NCBI GenBank assembly: GCA_965263035.1
Contig: OZ253580.1
Coordinates: forward strand, 1,760,001-1,824,000
DNA: 64,000 nucleotides
Source of the DNA: Acidobacteriota bacterium
GTDB lineage: Bacteria > Acidobacteriota > UBA6911 > RPQK01 > JAJDTT01
Reading direction: 5' to 3'
Part shown: one piece after another, positions 29,826 through 39,394 of the stretch
Layout of the letters: every line of letters starts with the position of its first letter
Numbering within the stretch: the first letter of the stretch is position 1
Program-made: the position numbers and the translations under genes
The notes under the pieces: model-generated
The model's input: the letters and a program-made list of their open reading frames with translations, nothing else
Told to the model about the DNA's origin: nothing
Databases searched by the model: none

Positions 29826-29994
29826 TCTCCATCCTCCTTCGAGGTTTGCGTTGCCCACAATGGCAACGCAACGAGTTAATGATTTGGACTAACCACGTCG
29901 GTTTGTCTTCTTACAAACCTATAATACTCCGCACTCACAAAACGTCGGTGGCGGATTTTTCACTTATCAATTTTTTAAGATATGGGGGATTCCT

Positions 29995-30129
29995 GGTACA
30001 AGCGAGTACAAGCGAACCTCACACCAAGAACCTAAGAGTTAATTTTTTCTCTTCTCTTCTCTTCCTCTTAGGAGGAATCTTACTCTTAGGAGGTTCTTTG
30101 GTGTAATGTTCGCTTGTACAAGTTGTACC
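29995..30129. repeat. Long imperfect inverted repeat (ori-like hairpin/cruciform)
   Basis: Left arm ggtacaagcgagtacaagcgaacctcacaccaagaacctaagag. The reverse complement of the right arm is ggtacaacttgtacaagcgaacattacaccaaagaacctcctaagag. The loop is CTCTT-rich. Confidence 0.8.
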
Positions 30130-30830
30130 GAGTGGAGGTGCCATTAGTCCGAATCCTCACCCGTGACAGGATCTCGACCCATGACCTCGTACTTCCTCCA
30201 GTTCTGGCGAAACAGTTGGAAGATCTTGCTAGTGGGTGAGAGACCGCTTGTGTTCTTGGTAGTGATCCAGTGCTGAGACTCCACCCACTCCAAATACTCC
30301 CGGCACAAAGCCAACTGACCCGTGCCCAGAAGCCGAAGTAACTTCCACCCCATTCTCTTTTGCCGTTCTCCTACCCACTCGGCCAGGTCTAGATAGGCGT
30401 CTTTTGCCCCTTCTCCAAATAGTCTCTGTGCCAGTTGGAGGTCATTTTGCAGACCCTCAATCATTGATGGTGTTGGATAGGAGAGGAAGTCCTCAATCCG
30501 GGCATCCAACGTTGATGTGGGTCTTGATGTGGATGTGTGTAAAACAGGCTTCGCCATGGGCTTCGGTGCCTTGGTGATCTTGGTGTTCCTGTGTTCCTGC
30601 AAAATCTGAGACACCCGCTGTTGACTCACACCCCATTTCCCGGCGCATTGAACTTGCGTCAGTCCACTTTCGTAGTCGTTGATGATGTGGGTCCATCTAG
30701 GTCGCGCGCGACCTCTGCGACGACGCCCGCCTCTTAACCCGTCCCTTCTCCCTTTCCAGCTTTTCAGACCCTCTTCTGAGTTGGTGAACCGGCTTCGGGC
30801 CTCCTCACACTCGTCAACGATCTCCTCTAG

Positions 30831-32595
30831 CCTGCATTTCTCATCAGTAGAACAATAAACGGAAGTTGAACCGTCGTCTGGGTGATTCTTTATCCATACG
30901 AGTTCAAGAGGCAGTTTTCGTGCTCGAACGTGCCGACCAACGGCCAGATGCAGCGCTTCTCCAGAGCCTTTTGACGCCCATCCTGCGCTTCTGAGCGACG
31001 ACTCTCGACCCGGTGCCCACTCCGGGGCGCAGTCCATCCTGGGGACTCCCAAGTCGCCATCGTCCAAAGAGTTCTTTCCATCCGTTGCTAACAGCGAAGC
31101 GGGAGGGCTTGCACTTGCGTCAGAGCCGTCCTCAACAGCGCCGCATACGGATAGCTCTCGGAAAAGGACAACCAGACCTTGCGGCTGGTGATCCGGACCT
31201 GTGCCCCGATCTTCAGCAATCTCACCCGCAGGGTCCAGCTCTGCGCCCGCGCCAGCTTCGTCCCCGCCAGCCCCACCCGTCGCAACGTCTCCATCATCAC
31301 GTAGGCGAATGCCGAGAAATACAACCGCAGTTGATTCCCCGCCAGCTTCCGGGTCGACGTGCGGTCCGCAAACAGACCCATCTGCTGTTCCTTTATCCGA
31401 TTCTCCATGTCTCCCCGCGCGCAGTAGACCTCCTCGTACAATCTTCGCCCATCGCATTCCTGGACCGGGACCGAAGTCACGATGAATCGCGGGTTCTTTC
31501 CCCGGGGCAGGTGCTCCACCTTCGCCACCACCCGGCGCTCGCACGACCAACTCTTGTGCGTCTGATAGCGCAGTTCCTGGAACTGCCTCACGGCCTTCCC
31601 GATCGCCCGCTGCAACTGCCGGACGGTCTCCATCCGGGTCGCGATCCTCCGCTTCAGCCGATCGTTCTGCGCCAACCCCAGGACGTAATCGATCCCTTCC
31701 TTCTCGCACCAGACCATCAACTCGTCGTTGGAGAAGGCACTGTCCCCTCGAACCGTGATCCGCACCTGGGGCCACGCTTCACGCAGCCGCCTCACGATTG
31801 GTTCCAACTCCGCCACCACCCCGTGGGCCGCGCCTCGATCCGCCGTGCGCAGCCGCGCACGCAACAGGTGTTCCCCACAGAAGACGTACAGCGGCAGGTA
31901 GCAGTAGCGTTTGTAATAGCCGTGGAAGAACCGTCCCTCCTGCTTCCCATGCAGCGGATCGTCCGTGGCGTCTACATCCAGGATCACCTCCTCCGGGGGC
32001 TCCGGATGCGCTTCCACAAACACCTCCAGCAGCAGCTCGTCCATCCCCGCCGGGTCGGCCACGATCTTCTTGTACGCGCCCTCCGGTCCCTCCAACGGAG
32101 TCCGCTCCAGTCGGTTCAGGGTGCTCTTGCCTGCCAGCGGCTTGCCTCGATCCGACTCCACGCGCCGGAACTCCCCCGTCAGATCATCTCGATCACACAA
32201 CAGCGCCAAGAGCCGGTCCCGGCACAACTCGTCGTGGTCGTTGAGGTCCTCGTAGCCCAGGCACAGCCCCAGCACCCGCTGTTTGATCAACGCCTCCACC
32301 GGGTGTTCGACTCGATCCGAGTCTCGATAGTCGGTGAAGCATTCGCTCAGACGACCCAGAATCCGGGTCCGCTGCTCCACTTCGCGCAGGAGCACGCCAC
32401 CGGCGTCGGAGGTGATCTCGCCGCCGTCGAACCGGCCCACGACATCCCGTCCGTCCAGGCCCTGAAATCTGAGCTTTATTCTGGTACACTCTGCGGTCAT
32501 AAGGTCGCGTCCCTTCTGCTTTGTAAGTTATTGATTACACAACACTTATAGCAGAAAACGCGGCCTTTATCAATCTTTCTGATGAGATATCCGGG
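30831..32595 (-). mobile_element. IS1380-family insertion sequence
   Basis: TIRs cctgcatttctcatcag / ctgatgagatatccggg; CTAG direct repeats at 30827-30830 and 32596-32599. Confidence 0.92.
31088..32500 (-). CDS. IS1380-family transposase
   Basis: FDGGEITSDAG, GYEDLNDH, LDVDATDDPLHG.QEG.FFHGYY, RGDSAF, YCARGDMENRIKE. Confidence 0.97.
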   Translation of the reverse strand: MTAECTRIKLRFQGLDGRDVVGRFDGGEITSDAGGVLLREVEQRTRILGRLSECFTDYRDSDRVEHPVEALIKQRVLGLCLGYEDLNDHDELCRDRLLALLCDRDDLTGEFRRVESDRGKPLAGKSTLNRLERTPLEGPEGAYKKIVADPAGMDELLLEVFVEAHPEPPEEVILDVDATDDPLHGKQEGRFFHGYYKRYCYLPLYVFCGEHLLRARLRTADRGAAHGVVAELEPIVRRLREAWPQVRITVRGDSAFSNDELMVWCEKEGIDYVLGLAQNDRLKRRIATRMETVRQLQRAIGKAVRQFQELRYQTHKSWSCERRVVAKVEHLPRGKNPRFIVTSVPVQECDGRRLYEEVYCARGDMENRIKEQQMGLFADRTSTRKLAGNQLRLYFSAFAYVMMETLRRVGLAGTKLARAQSWTLRVRLLKIGAQVRITSRKVWLSFSESYPYAALLRTALTQVQALPLRC

Positions 32596-32926
32596 CTAGT
32601 TGGTCCGGCGTGAAAGGATCTCCAAGCTCGGTGCTAAATCGCTCAACGCCCATTCTCACGAATCCATTTTGGTATGTGGCGCTCTCGGGGGGACCCATCA
32701 ACTTGTACATGCTCTTGAACATCCTGACTCGTGGAGGAGTGGCCGGTCCACCTAACAGCGGTGCCCGCTCGACGATCCGCCTTTCCTTTTCTTCCGTGCT
32801 CAGGTTAGCTCGTAGCGGCTTTCGTTTCTCTGTAGTATTGTAGCGGTGAGATGTCATGTTCTTCTCTCCCTTTGTTTTCGCCCCTGGTCCATGGTCTCTA
32901 AACACTGGATCGGGGGTGTATCTGTT

Positions 32927-33226
32927 TTACTTGCCAGCCGGGAGCAGCGGGAAGGTGAACCCGATCTTGCGTAGCAGGCGCAATTTCTTAACGGCCTTTT
33001 CGGGGAAGTGCGGACCCACGTCTCCCGCCTCGTGACTCAGCACGAATTCAGACAAGAGGGACCGAAAGGCGTCACTTATGGACAGTCTGCCATGAAACCG
33101 TCTGATCCACTCCAAAGCCTCCATTTCCTCCGGGGACAGTAGAACTCCGATATGGCGGTCCCGCGTCGGTAGGTCCATACGGTGGACCTCACCCTTTGGA
33201 CTCATGATAAACAGTTGTTTAGACAT
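32927..33226 (-). CDS. Ribbon-helix-helix (CopG-like) regulator
   Basis: RHIGVLLSPEEMEALEWIRRFHGRLSISDAFRSLL beta-alpha-alpha pattern; RBS gggagg. Confidence 0.6.
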   Translation of the reverse strand: MSKQLFIMSPKGEVHRMDLPTRDRHIGVLLSPEEMEALEWIRRFHGRLSISDAFRSLLSEFVLSHEAGDVGPHFPEKAVKKLRLLRKIGFTFPLLPAGK

Positions 33227-33271
33227 TGTGTTTCCTCCCTTTCAAAGAGAATGTATTTAATATTCGATTCA

Positions 33272-33300
33272 ATACTACAGCACAGATAGATACAAAGCAA
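33272..33300 (-). promoter_or_regulatory. Sigma70-type promoter for the RHH-rep operon
   Basis: Minus strand TTGCTT-N17-TAGTAT. Confidence 0.6.
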
Positions 33301-33330
33301 CTAGGAGGGTGTTGTCGAGAAGGGTGGACA

Positions 33331-33367
33331 CACCTCTTCCCGTGGTAAGTGGCCACGGGAAGAGGTG
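33331..33367. terminator. Perfect 15-bp stem hairpin downstream of the recombinase
   Basis: cacctcttcccgtgg-N7-ccacgggaagaggtg; no clear U-tract. Confidence 0.5.
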
Positions 33368-33480
33368 GAGTTTCACCGGCGACTATAACAGGAAGTCAGC
33401 CACCGGCCCGCCCTGGATGTCGTGTTACCAGCGGCAGCTATGTTTAGTACCCAATCAGTCTAGCATAGACGCATAGGCAC

Positions 33481-34458
33481 TTACCATTCCATCATCTTCG
33501 CCACCCGTGACTGTGTGGCCTTCTGATTCCTCAGATAGACGCTGACCATGGCAGGAGTCTTCCAGCGTCCGGCGGTTTGGATCTCACTATCCCTCATTCC
33601 CATTGAGGCCAAGTGCTGGGCGAATCCACGGCGTAAGCCATGGGAACTCGTAGTCACCCCAGCGACGCTGGCCCGCTTCGGGACCAGCCTACCAACGTGT
33701 AAAGTTGTCATCCTTCGGTCGGTCACAACCGGGTTAATATCAAACCCGCATTTTTGGATAGCGGGAAACAGCACACCCGAGACGATGCCGGCCATTCCGA
33801 CCCACTTCATCACCATGGAGACGACTTTTTGGGGAACTGGTAAAACGGTCCCAGCCCCATACGCATCTGTTTTTGATCTTCTGATTGTCAGAAGCCCGGA
33901 CCCTTCCTTTTGAACTTCCAAGTCCTCAACATCCAGATGGGTCACTTCCGACACCCTCAATCCGGAAACGAACATGAGGGAGATGAGTGAAGCATCTCTG
34001 GCACCCCACAAGCTGCCTCTCGCGGTTGCCGTCCGACAAATCTTCTGTACCTGTTCCATGGTGACGGGCGCGGCACTTCCTCGCCCTCTTCCTGCTCCCT
34101 TCCGCCGTGCCATGCTCAGCATTGCCTCCGTCTCCATTCCATAGGGGGAAGGGTGCCTGAGTGCCTTCGCGCGAAACTTCGCCGCTGACACGGTGATACA
34201 GATACTGGGAGGGGCCAAGCCCCGTTCGTGCTCGGCGGTGATGAAATCCGCGAGCAATTCATCGGTGAGAGTACGTCCGCACAACCACGCATCCAGTTTC
34301 TTATTTGCTCTGCGGTAGACGCTTGCGGTGCCGTCCGATTTCCCCAAATAGGCACGGGTCAATTTTGGATCCTCTTTGATACTCCCGCTTCTCAGTTCAT
34401 TCAACTGCTCCGGTGAGAATAAAGACCCTCTACGACGAAAAGCTACAACGTTGCTCAT
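33481..34458 (-). CDS. Tyrosine recombinase/integrase, Cre-like
   Basis: Catalytic residues: GLRVSE (R), RSKTD (K), SHGLRRG (HxxR), GRW, MVSVY (Y); RBS ggagg. Confidence 0.93.
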   Translation of the reverse strand: MSNVVAFRRRGSLFSPEQLNELRSGSIKEDPKLTRAYLGKSDGTASVYRRANKKLDAWLCGRTLTDELLADFITAEHERGLAPPSICITVSAAKFRAKALRHPSPYGMETEAMLSMARRKGAGRGRGSAAPVTMEQVQKICRTATARGSLWGARDASLISLMFVSGLRVSEVTHLDVEDLEVQKEGSGLLTIRRSKTDAYGAGTVLPVPQKVVSMVMKWVGMAGIVSGVLFPAIQKCGFDINPVVTDRRMTTLHVGRLVPKRASVAGVTTSSHGLRRGFAQHLASMGMRDSEIQTAGRWKTPAMVSVYLRNQKATQSRVAKMMEW

Positions 34459-34671
34459 GCTGGATTCCTCCAAAGATATGATACGTCCCGTTAACCCAAA
34501 TGCCGGTTTTGATGGGTCGTGCGGTGGCTGTCGTGTCACCTGTCATGCGCCGCTGTCTCCCTTCGCCAACGGTTTCTCGGCGGGATGGATTTGTGTTTGA
34601 AGGATGTTGCAGCCGGATTTTGGAGTCAACCTCGATACGAGTTGCCGCATTCGACGAACGTTATGCCCCCG

Positions 34672-36345
34672 TTACACCCGTGTGGGCAGCGTCCGGTATT
34701 CGATGCTCAGCTCCAGGCTGTGGAGGATCATTTCGATCAGGACCTGAGGGTTCCGCTTCTTGAGGGTGGCTTCCAACCGGTTCGCTCCCTGCCGGATCCA
34801 GTCTCCGTGCGTGAGATCGTAGGACATGATGTAGTTGCCCTGGTACTCGATGGGTCCCGGCCCGACGCGGTTCATGGGAATTTCCAGACTTGGGTTCTCA
34901 GGCAACGGACGCCCGTTCCACTTCAGCTCCAGCACGTCTTCCGACGTCAGACCCACCACCGTCAGACTCAACTTGATCTCCTGGAGCATGCCTCTTCGAC
35001 GCGCCATGTCCAGGTCGTCCGCCACCAGGACCTCCACCTTTTTGGCCTTCCCCTCGGCCAACGCCTCCGGCAGCTGATGCACGAAGGCCTGGAAGACGTC
35101 GCTGCTGCGAGGATACTTCTTGAGGCAGTCGAAACAGCCGACCTCGGTATAGAGCTTGTCCTTGTGCTCCAGCGTCTTGGGATCTCCCAGTTCCTGGAAC
35201 ACCACCTCGGCTTCCTTCAGGTTGTGGCCGATATGGTGGTGGAAGTTGAACATGTAGATCCCGTCGACCCCCTGCCGCCAGGCGTTGGCGGCTCCGGCCC
35301 GGAGTGTCGCCGCGGGCGGACGCCGATGGTAGCCCGGCCCCACTTGTTCGGAAGTGCAGGCATAGACCCGGCATGAGGTCCCCTGAGCCAGAGCGACGAA
35401 CCTATCGAAGGGAATTCCCGTCGCCGTATCCCAATGGACTCCGGGCGATACGTAGTCGACCAATCCCTCCTGGATCCAGGTTTTCACATCCAGTCCGGTC
35501 TGACGGCACTTTCCCAGAGTTGCCGGCACCCGGACCCCGAATCCCAGGGGCCGGCCCCGATCGGCTCCGATGCGGTTGAACAAGGCCCTGGCTTCACGCA
35601 GATACCCGGTCAGGATCGGCCTCCCCTTCTCGATGTCGGGGAAATAGTGCCCGGGCTCGCGCAGGAAATCCCACTCGAAGCCGTCGGCGTCATAGCGGGT
35701 GCACGCGTCCTCTACCAGTTGCAGACGGTGCGCCCGGACCTCCGGTATTGCGAAGTTGAGGCCGACGCATTTCTCGGCGTAGACGCTTTCAGGACTATGG
35801 ACGCCCGAACCACAGTTGTCTCCCAACTCGTATTCTCGATGGGCAACCCGAAAGTGGCTCGGCCATTGAAAGCGGGGACCGTGTAGATCATTGAAGCGCA
35901 TGCCGATCCAGTACTGCAGGCCGGCTTCGTGAGCCAGCTCCAGAGACAGCTGCCAGGGATCGATGCCCTGGTCCAGAAGCCCTTGGATACAAGTCTGCTG
36001 TTTCCACTCGCTGACGTGAAGAAAGCTGTCCCGATCGATGCCCCGGGCATCGGCCACCCGGGTGGGAAACAGGGGAACCGCGTCGCCGAAGCCGAACATG
36101 TGGCAGACGACGGCGCCGATCTTGGTCCCGATGAACCGCCCCACGGCCTCGTAGACGAAATCCTCGGGCGCCCAGGGAGGGGAGGGATAGAAGAGGAAGC
36201 TGCCGTCGTTGTTGTAGAACAAAGGCGGCAGCGAAAGGCGCTCCGTCTTGGCCTCAAGAGGCCGGGCCGACGCGACTCCGGCCCCCGCCAAGGTCAGCGC
36301 GCCCACGTTTCGCTGAAACTCCCTCCGGTTCAGCTTCTTCGTCAT
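34672..36345 (-). CDS. Tat-exported glycoside hydrolase-like TIM-barrel protein (GHL10/DUF187-like)
   Basis: RREFQ Tat signal; YNNDG, MRFND.H, LNFAIPEVR, YDADGFEWDFLR, GVDGIYMFN. Confidence 0.75.
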   Translation of the reverse strand: MTKKLNRREFQRNVGALTLAGAGVASARPLEAKTERLSLPPLFYNNDGSFLFYPSPPWAPEDFVYEAVGRFIGTKIGAVVCHMFGFGDAVPLFPTRVADARGIDRDSFLHVSEWKQQTCIQGLLDQGIDPWQLSLELAHEAGLQYWIGMRFNDLHGPRFQWPSHFRVAHREYELGDNCGSGVHSPESVYAEKCVGLNFAIPEVRAHRLQLVEDACTRYDADGFEWDFLREPGHYFPDIEKGRPILTGYLREARALFNRIGADRGRPLGFGVRVPATLGKCRQTGLDVKTWIQEGLVDYVSPGVHWDTATGIPFDRFVALAQGTSCRVYACTSEQVGPGYHRRPPAATLRAGAANAWRQGVDGIYMFNFHHHIGHNLKEAEVVFQELGDPKTLEHKDKLYTEVGCFDCLKKYPRSSDVFQAFVHQLPEALAEGKAKKVEVLVADDLDMARRRGMLQEIKLSLTVVGLTSEDVLELKWNGRPLPENPSLEIPMNRVGPGPIEYQGNYIMSYDLTHGDWIRQGANRLEATLKKRNPQVLIEMILHSLELSIEYRTLPTRV

Positions 36346-36408
36346 GATGGTCCTCCCGTGAGCCCTGTCCCTGCGGACTCTCGGACCTCGATTCCCGCCC
36401 TGAAATCC

Positions 36409-37641
36409 TCAGGCCGGAATCCGCACGGCCCGGCGGCCGGCCGATGATTCCTTGGCCGCCTCGATGATCTCCAGCATGTGGACGTTGTCCCGAATCGGCG
36501 AGGGGGCCGGGGCCCCGGTCCGGGACGCCTCCAGAAAGTCGCGGAACAACTCTTCGGCCATAATGCCGCCGTAACCCGGCGTCTGCGGAATCTCGTAGGT
36601 CTTCCGGTGACGGCGGCCGCTGACCCAATGCCGTGCCTCACTGTAGAGAGTGTAGGTTCCGCCCGCAACGGCGGCATTCGTCGTCCCGTGTTCCACCGGC
36701 TCCACCAGCGGCAGGATGGAATAGCCTTCCGTTCCGCGCATGCCGACGTAGAAGTCGTAGACGGCCCGGCTCCCCTTCATGTGATATCCGGCCTGGAACG
36801 TCCCCAGCTTGCCGCTCTCGAAGCTCAACAACAGCAACCCGGTGTCCTCGACGGGGACCTTCTCGGGGTTCAGGTTGCCCACCATGGCCATGACCTCCAC
36901 CACCCGCTCCTGCATCAGGCCCAACACCAGGTCCATGCAATGGCACCCCAACCAGGACAGGATGCCGCTGCCCGAGGTCTTGGGGTCGAAGAGGTAGGTG
37001 GAGGTGTCCCGATACTCCAGCAGGCCGTTCAAGAGCTTGGCCTCGATCGTCATGATGCGGCCCAGGGCTCCGTCGGCCAGCGCCCGCTTCAAGTCCAGTA
37101 CCATGGGGTTGTAGCGCCACTGGAGCATGGCGCCGGCCGTCACGCCCTTCTTCTCCGCCAGTTCCGCCACCCGGCGGAGGTGCGACGAGTGGGTCGCCGC
37201 CGGCTTGTCGTACAGGACCGGCAGGCCGGCGGAGACGACCTGCTCCAGAATGGCGGGGGCCTGGTCGGGACGGGCGCAGACCGTCACCGCATCCAGGTCG
37301 TCCCTTGCCAGAAATCGGCCAAGGTTGGTGGACTTCGAGGCCACCTTGGAGGACCCGGCGGCGAGTTTCTCGACGTCGGCAAGTTCCGTGGCGGCGCAGA
37401 CGTGGATCTTGCCCACCTCCGAAAGCTGGTCCAGGACGCGCACATGTCCCCCGGCATGACCGTGGCCGGAGATGGCTCCCACCACCATCGATCCATCCCG
37501 GCCCGGGCTTGGCCCAAGCCTCGTTGGAAGGACGCCGCCGCTCGATCCCAACGGCTCGACGCCCCCCAGAACTTCCCGCCCCAAGGATCCCATCGCCGCC
37601 ACTGAGGGCAGCGCACAGCCGAGAAAGTTGCGTCTCTGCAT
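36409..37641 (-). CDS. Gfo/Idh/MocA family oxidoreductase with Tat signal
   Basis: RRNFL; VLYDKP, GALGRI, GILSWLGCHCMD, VED. Confidence 0.9.
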   Translation of the reverse strand: MQRRNFLGCALPSVAAMGSLGREVLGGVEPLGSSGGVLPTRLGPSPGRDGSMVVGAISGHGHAGGHVRVLDQLSEVGKIHVCAATELADVEKLAAGSSKVASKSTNLGRFLARDDLDAVTVCARPDQAPAILEQVVSAGLPVLYDKPAATHSSHLRRVAELAEKKGVTAGAMLQWRYNPMVLDLKRALADGALGRIMTIEAKLLNGLLEYRDTSTYLFDPKTSGSGILSWLGCHCMDLVLGLMQERVVEVMAMVGNLNPEKVPVEDTGLLLLSFESGKLGTFQAGYHMKGSRAVYDFYVGMRGTEGYSILPLVEPVEHGTTNAAVAGGTYTLYSEARHWVSGRRHRKTYEIPQTPGYGGIMAEELFRDFLEASRTGAPAPSPIRDNVHMLEIIEAAKESSAGRRAVRIPA

Positions 37642-37934
37642 TCTCTATTCCTCCATTTTCACGCCCGGTCTACAACGGATGCCGAAGGCCGCTCCGGGTT
37701 TCGCGGGGCGCCAGCGGCACGGGGATTGTAGTAGCCATGCGTCCTGAGACGCTACCCGCTTCGGTGAGCCATATCCGGCGAAGAAATCACATTCGTTGTT
37801 ATGAGAGCGTTTCCTGGTACGGACGTCTCCACCAACAGCAAGAACGGGAGCCCGATGATCCGACGCCGGCCGGTCACGTCGGCGTTTGGGAGCCGCGCCC
37901 AGGCGGCGGGCTTATTTCTAAGGAGGTATAGGCA

Positions 37935-38510
37935 ATGAGGTATTGCACTTGCCGGAACACCGGTTGGTTCAGAAAAACCACGGCGACGGGGCTGGTCCCG
38001 TTGCTGCTGGCGCAGTTCTTGATCGCACTGCTGTGCGTTCCCGACACGTTGAAGGCCGGTGCGGAGATTCGCCGCGAGATGACCTCGGAGGAACTTCGCG
38101 ATTTTCTGAGCGGCCAGGAAAAGTTCACGATTCTACTCTCGGAGGGGGGCGCCGTCCGGGGTAATGGGATCACAGTTCTGGCCGACAACATACATCTCGG
38201 TCGCATTACGAGAGCCACGGATGAGAAAAGGCACCCTAACGGTTCCGAAACCTCGATCGCCATAGGTTCAGTCAAAGAAATCCGCGTGGAGAAAATGCGG
38301 GGTAGCTTGCGGCGGTCGGGAGCCGTGGGTTTCGGACTTCTAGGATGTTGGATGGGGGCAGGTTTCGCGCTTGGTGATCCCCCTGCTATCAGAAACTCGG
38401 CGGCGGGTTTAACGGTCTGGCTTGGTTCGATTGTGGGTGGAGCATTTCTCGGCCACAAGTTGGGCAAACGCAAGGATCGTGAGACTACAATCATCAAGAT
38501 CGTCGACTAA
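37935..38510 (+). CDS. Hypothetical secreted/membrane protein with C-terminal glycine-rich TM hairpin (paralog A)
   Basis: Shares KAG.EIRRE, LSEGGAVRG, VKEIRVEK and GG.FLGH.LG.R..R.TTII with the next gene. Confidence 0.75.
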   Translation: MRYCTCRNTGWFRKTTATGLVPLLLAQFLIALLCVPDTLKAGAEIRREMTSEELRDFLSGQEKFTILLSEGGAVRGNGITVLADNIHLGRITRATDEKRHPNGSETSIAIGSVKEIRVEKMRGSLRRSGAVGFGLLGCWMGAGFALGDPPAIRNSAAGLTVWLGSIVGGAFLGHKLGKRKDRETTIIKIVD

Positions 38511-38833
38511 GCGGCTCGATTCCTTCCGGCGTATCCGCCAGGGCCCCAAGAAAAGTCCCCGGCGACGGCAGACATTCCACCTCATTCCCATGTGAGAAAT
38601 CGGACCTTGATCCGGAATCTGCAGCGCAGCACGCTGCACGCGGGTTAATTTCCTCCACTTCGGTGAGCCCATTCCGGCAAAAAAATCACATCTATCGACG
38701 CGGAGATCCTCTCGTGGGTACGGAGGGTGCAAAAAACGAGGAGGACAGGAAAGCGATTATCCGCCGGTGACCATTGCCGCCGGTGCTTGAACGTTGAATC
38801 CCAGCGACTGAGCGATTTCGAGGAGGTGGCGCC

Positions 38834-39394
38834 ATGGCAAGTCTCACACTCAAGAACAGCAGATGGATCAGGATAACCACGGCGGCGGGGCTGGCTCCTT
38901 TGACGCTGGCGCGAATCTCCATCGTCCTGTTGTGTCTTCCCCAGACCGTGAAGGCCGGTTCGGAGATTCGCCGTGAGTTGGCCTGGGAGGACCTTCCCGC
39001 CGTTCTTCACGGAGAGAAGGTCACCGTCACGCTGTCGGAGGGGGGCGCCGTCCGTGGTGGCGTGGTCGTGGTTCAGGAAGACGGCGTCTACCTGCCCAAG
39101 GTGACCATGGCCACCGACGGAATCCGCTATCCCGGTGGGTTCGACGCCTCGGTCCCCAGAGACTCGGTCAAGGAAATCCGAGTGGAGAAAGTGCTGGAGG
39201 ACGCAGCGATCGGGGGTGCGGTTGTGGGAGCCATTGCGGCCTTTGGCCTGACCGGCCTCACGCTCCTCAGTGCTCCTTGGGACCCAAGTCTGGAGTGGAC
39301 GACCCTACTGGTTTCGCCTGTGGGAGGCGGTTTTCTCGGACACCGGTTGGGCAGACGCCTGGGTCGCAAAACCACCATCATTACGGTTCGTTGA
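38834..39394 (+). CDS. Hypothetical secreted/membrane protein with C-terminal glycine-rich TM hairpin (paralog B)
   Basis: Tandem paralog of 37935..38510; RBS ggaggtgg. Confidence 0.8.
   Translation: MASLTLKNSRWIRITTAAGLAPLTLARISIVLLCLPQTVKAGSEIRRELAWEDLPAVLHGEKVTVTLSEGGAVRGGVVVVQEDGVYLPKVTMATDGIRYPGGFDASVPRDSVKEIRVEKVLEDAAIGGAVVGAIAAFGLTGLTLLSAPWDPSLEWTTLLVSPVGGGFLGHRLGRRLGRKTTIITVR

Larger units (their letters stand above)
30144..32857 (-). pseudogene. Rep-like DNA-binding protein (PriCT-like + HTH), about 314 aa, interrupted by IS1380
   Basis: Removing 30831..32595 plus one CTAG joins ...DPFTPDQL to EEIVDEC... in frame. An Arg/Gly linker and an HTH (GLTQVQCAGKWGVSQQRVSQIL) follow. Confidence 0.65.
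24295..34500 (-). mobile_element. Capsid-forming phage satellite-like integrative element (boundaries approximate)
   Basis: Co-oriented recombinase, regulator, Rep-like gene, TerL, HNH, capsid, protease and portal. No tail or lysis genes. Confidence 0.8.

Noticed and set aside
30144-31775. 543-aa ORF in the track
   Set aside because: It is a chimera of an alternative IS1380 frame and the 3' part of the interrupted Rep-like gene.
31013-32551. 512-aa plus-strand ORF
   Set aside because: Antisense shadow of the IS1380 transposase in GC-rich DNA.
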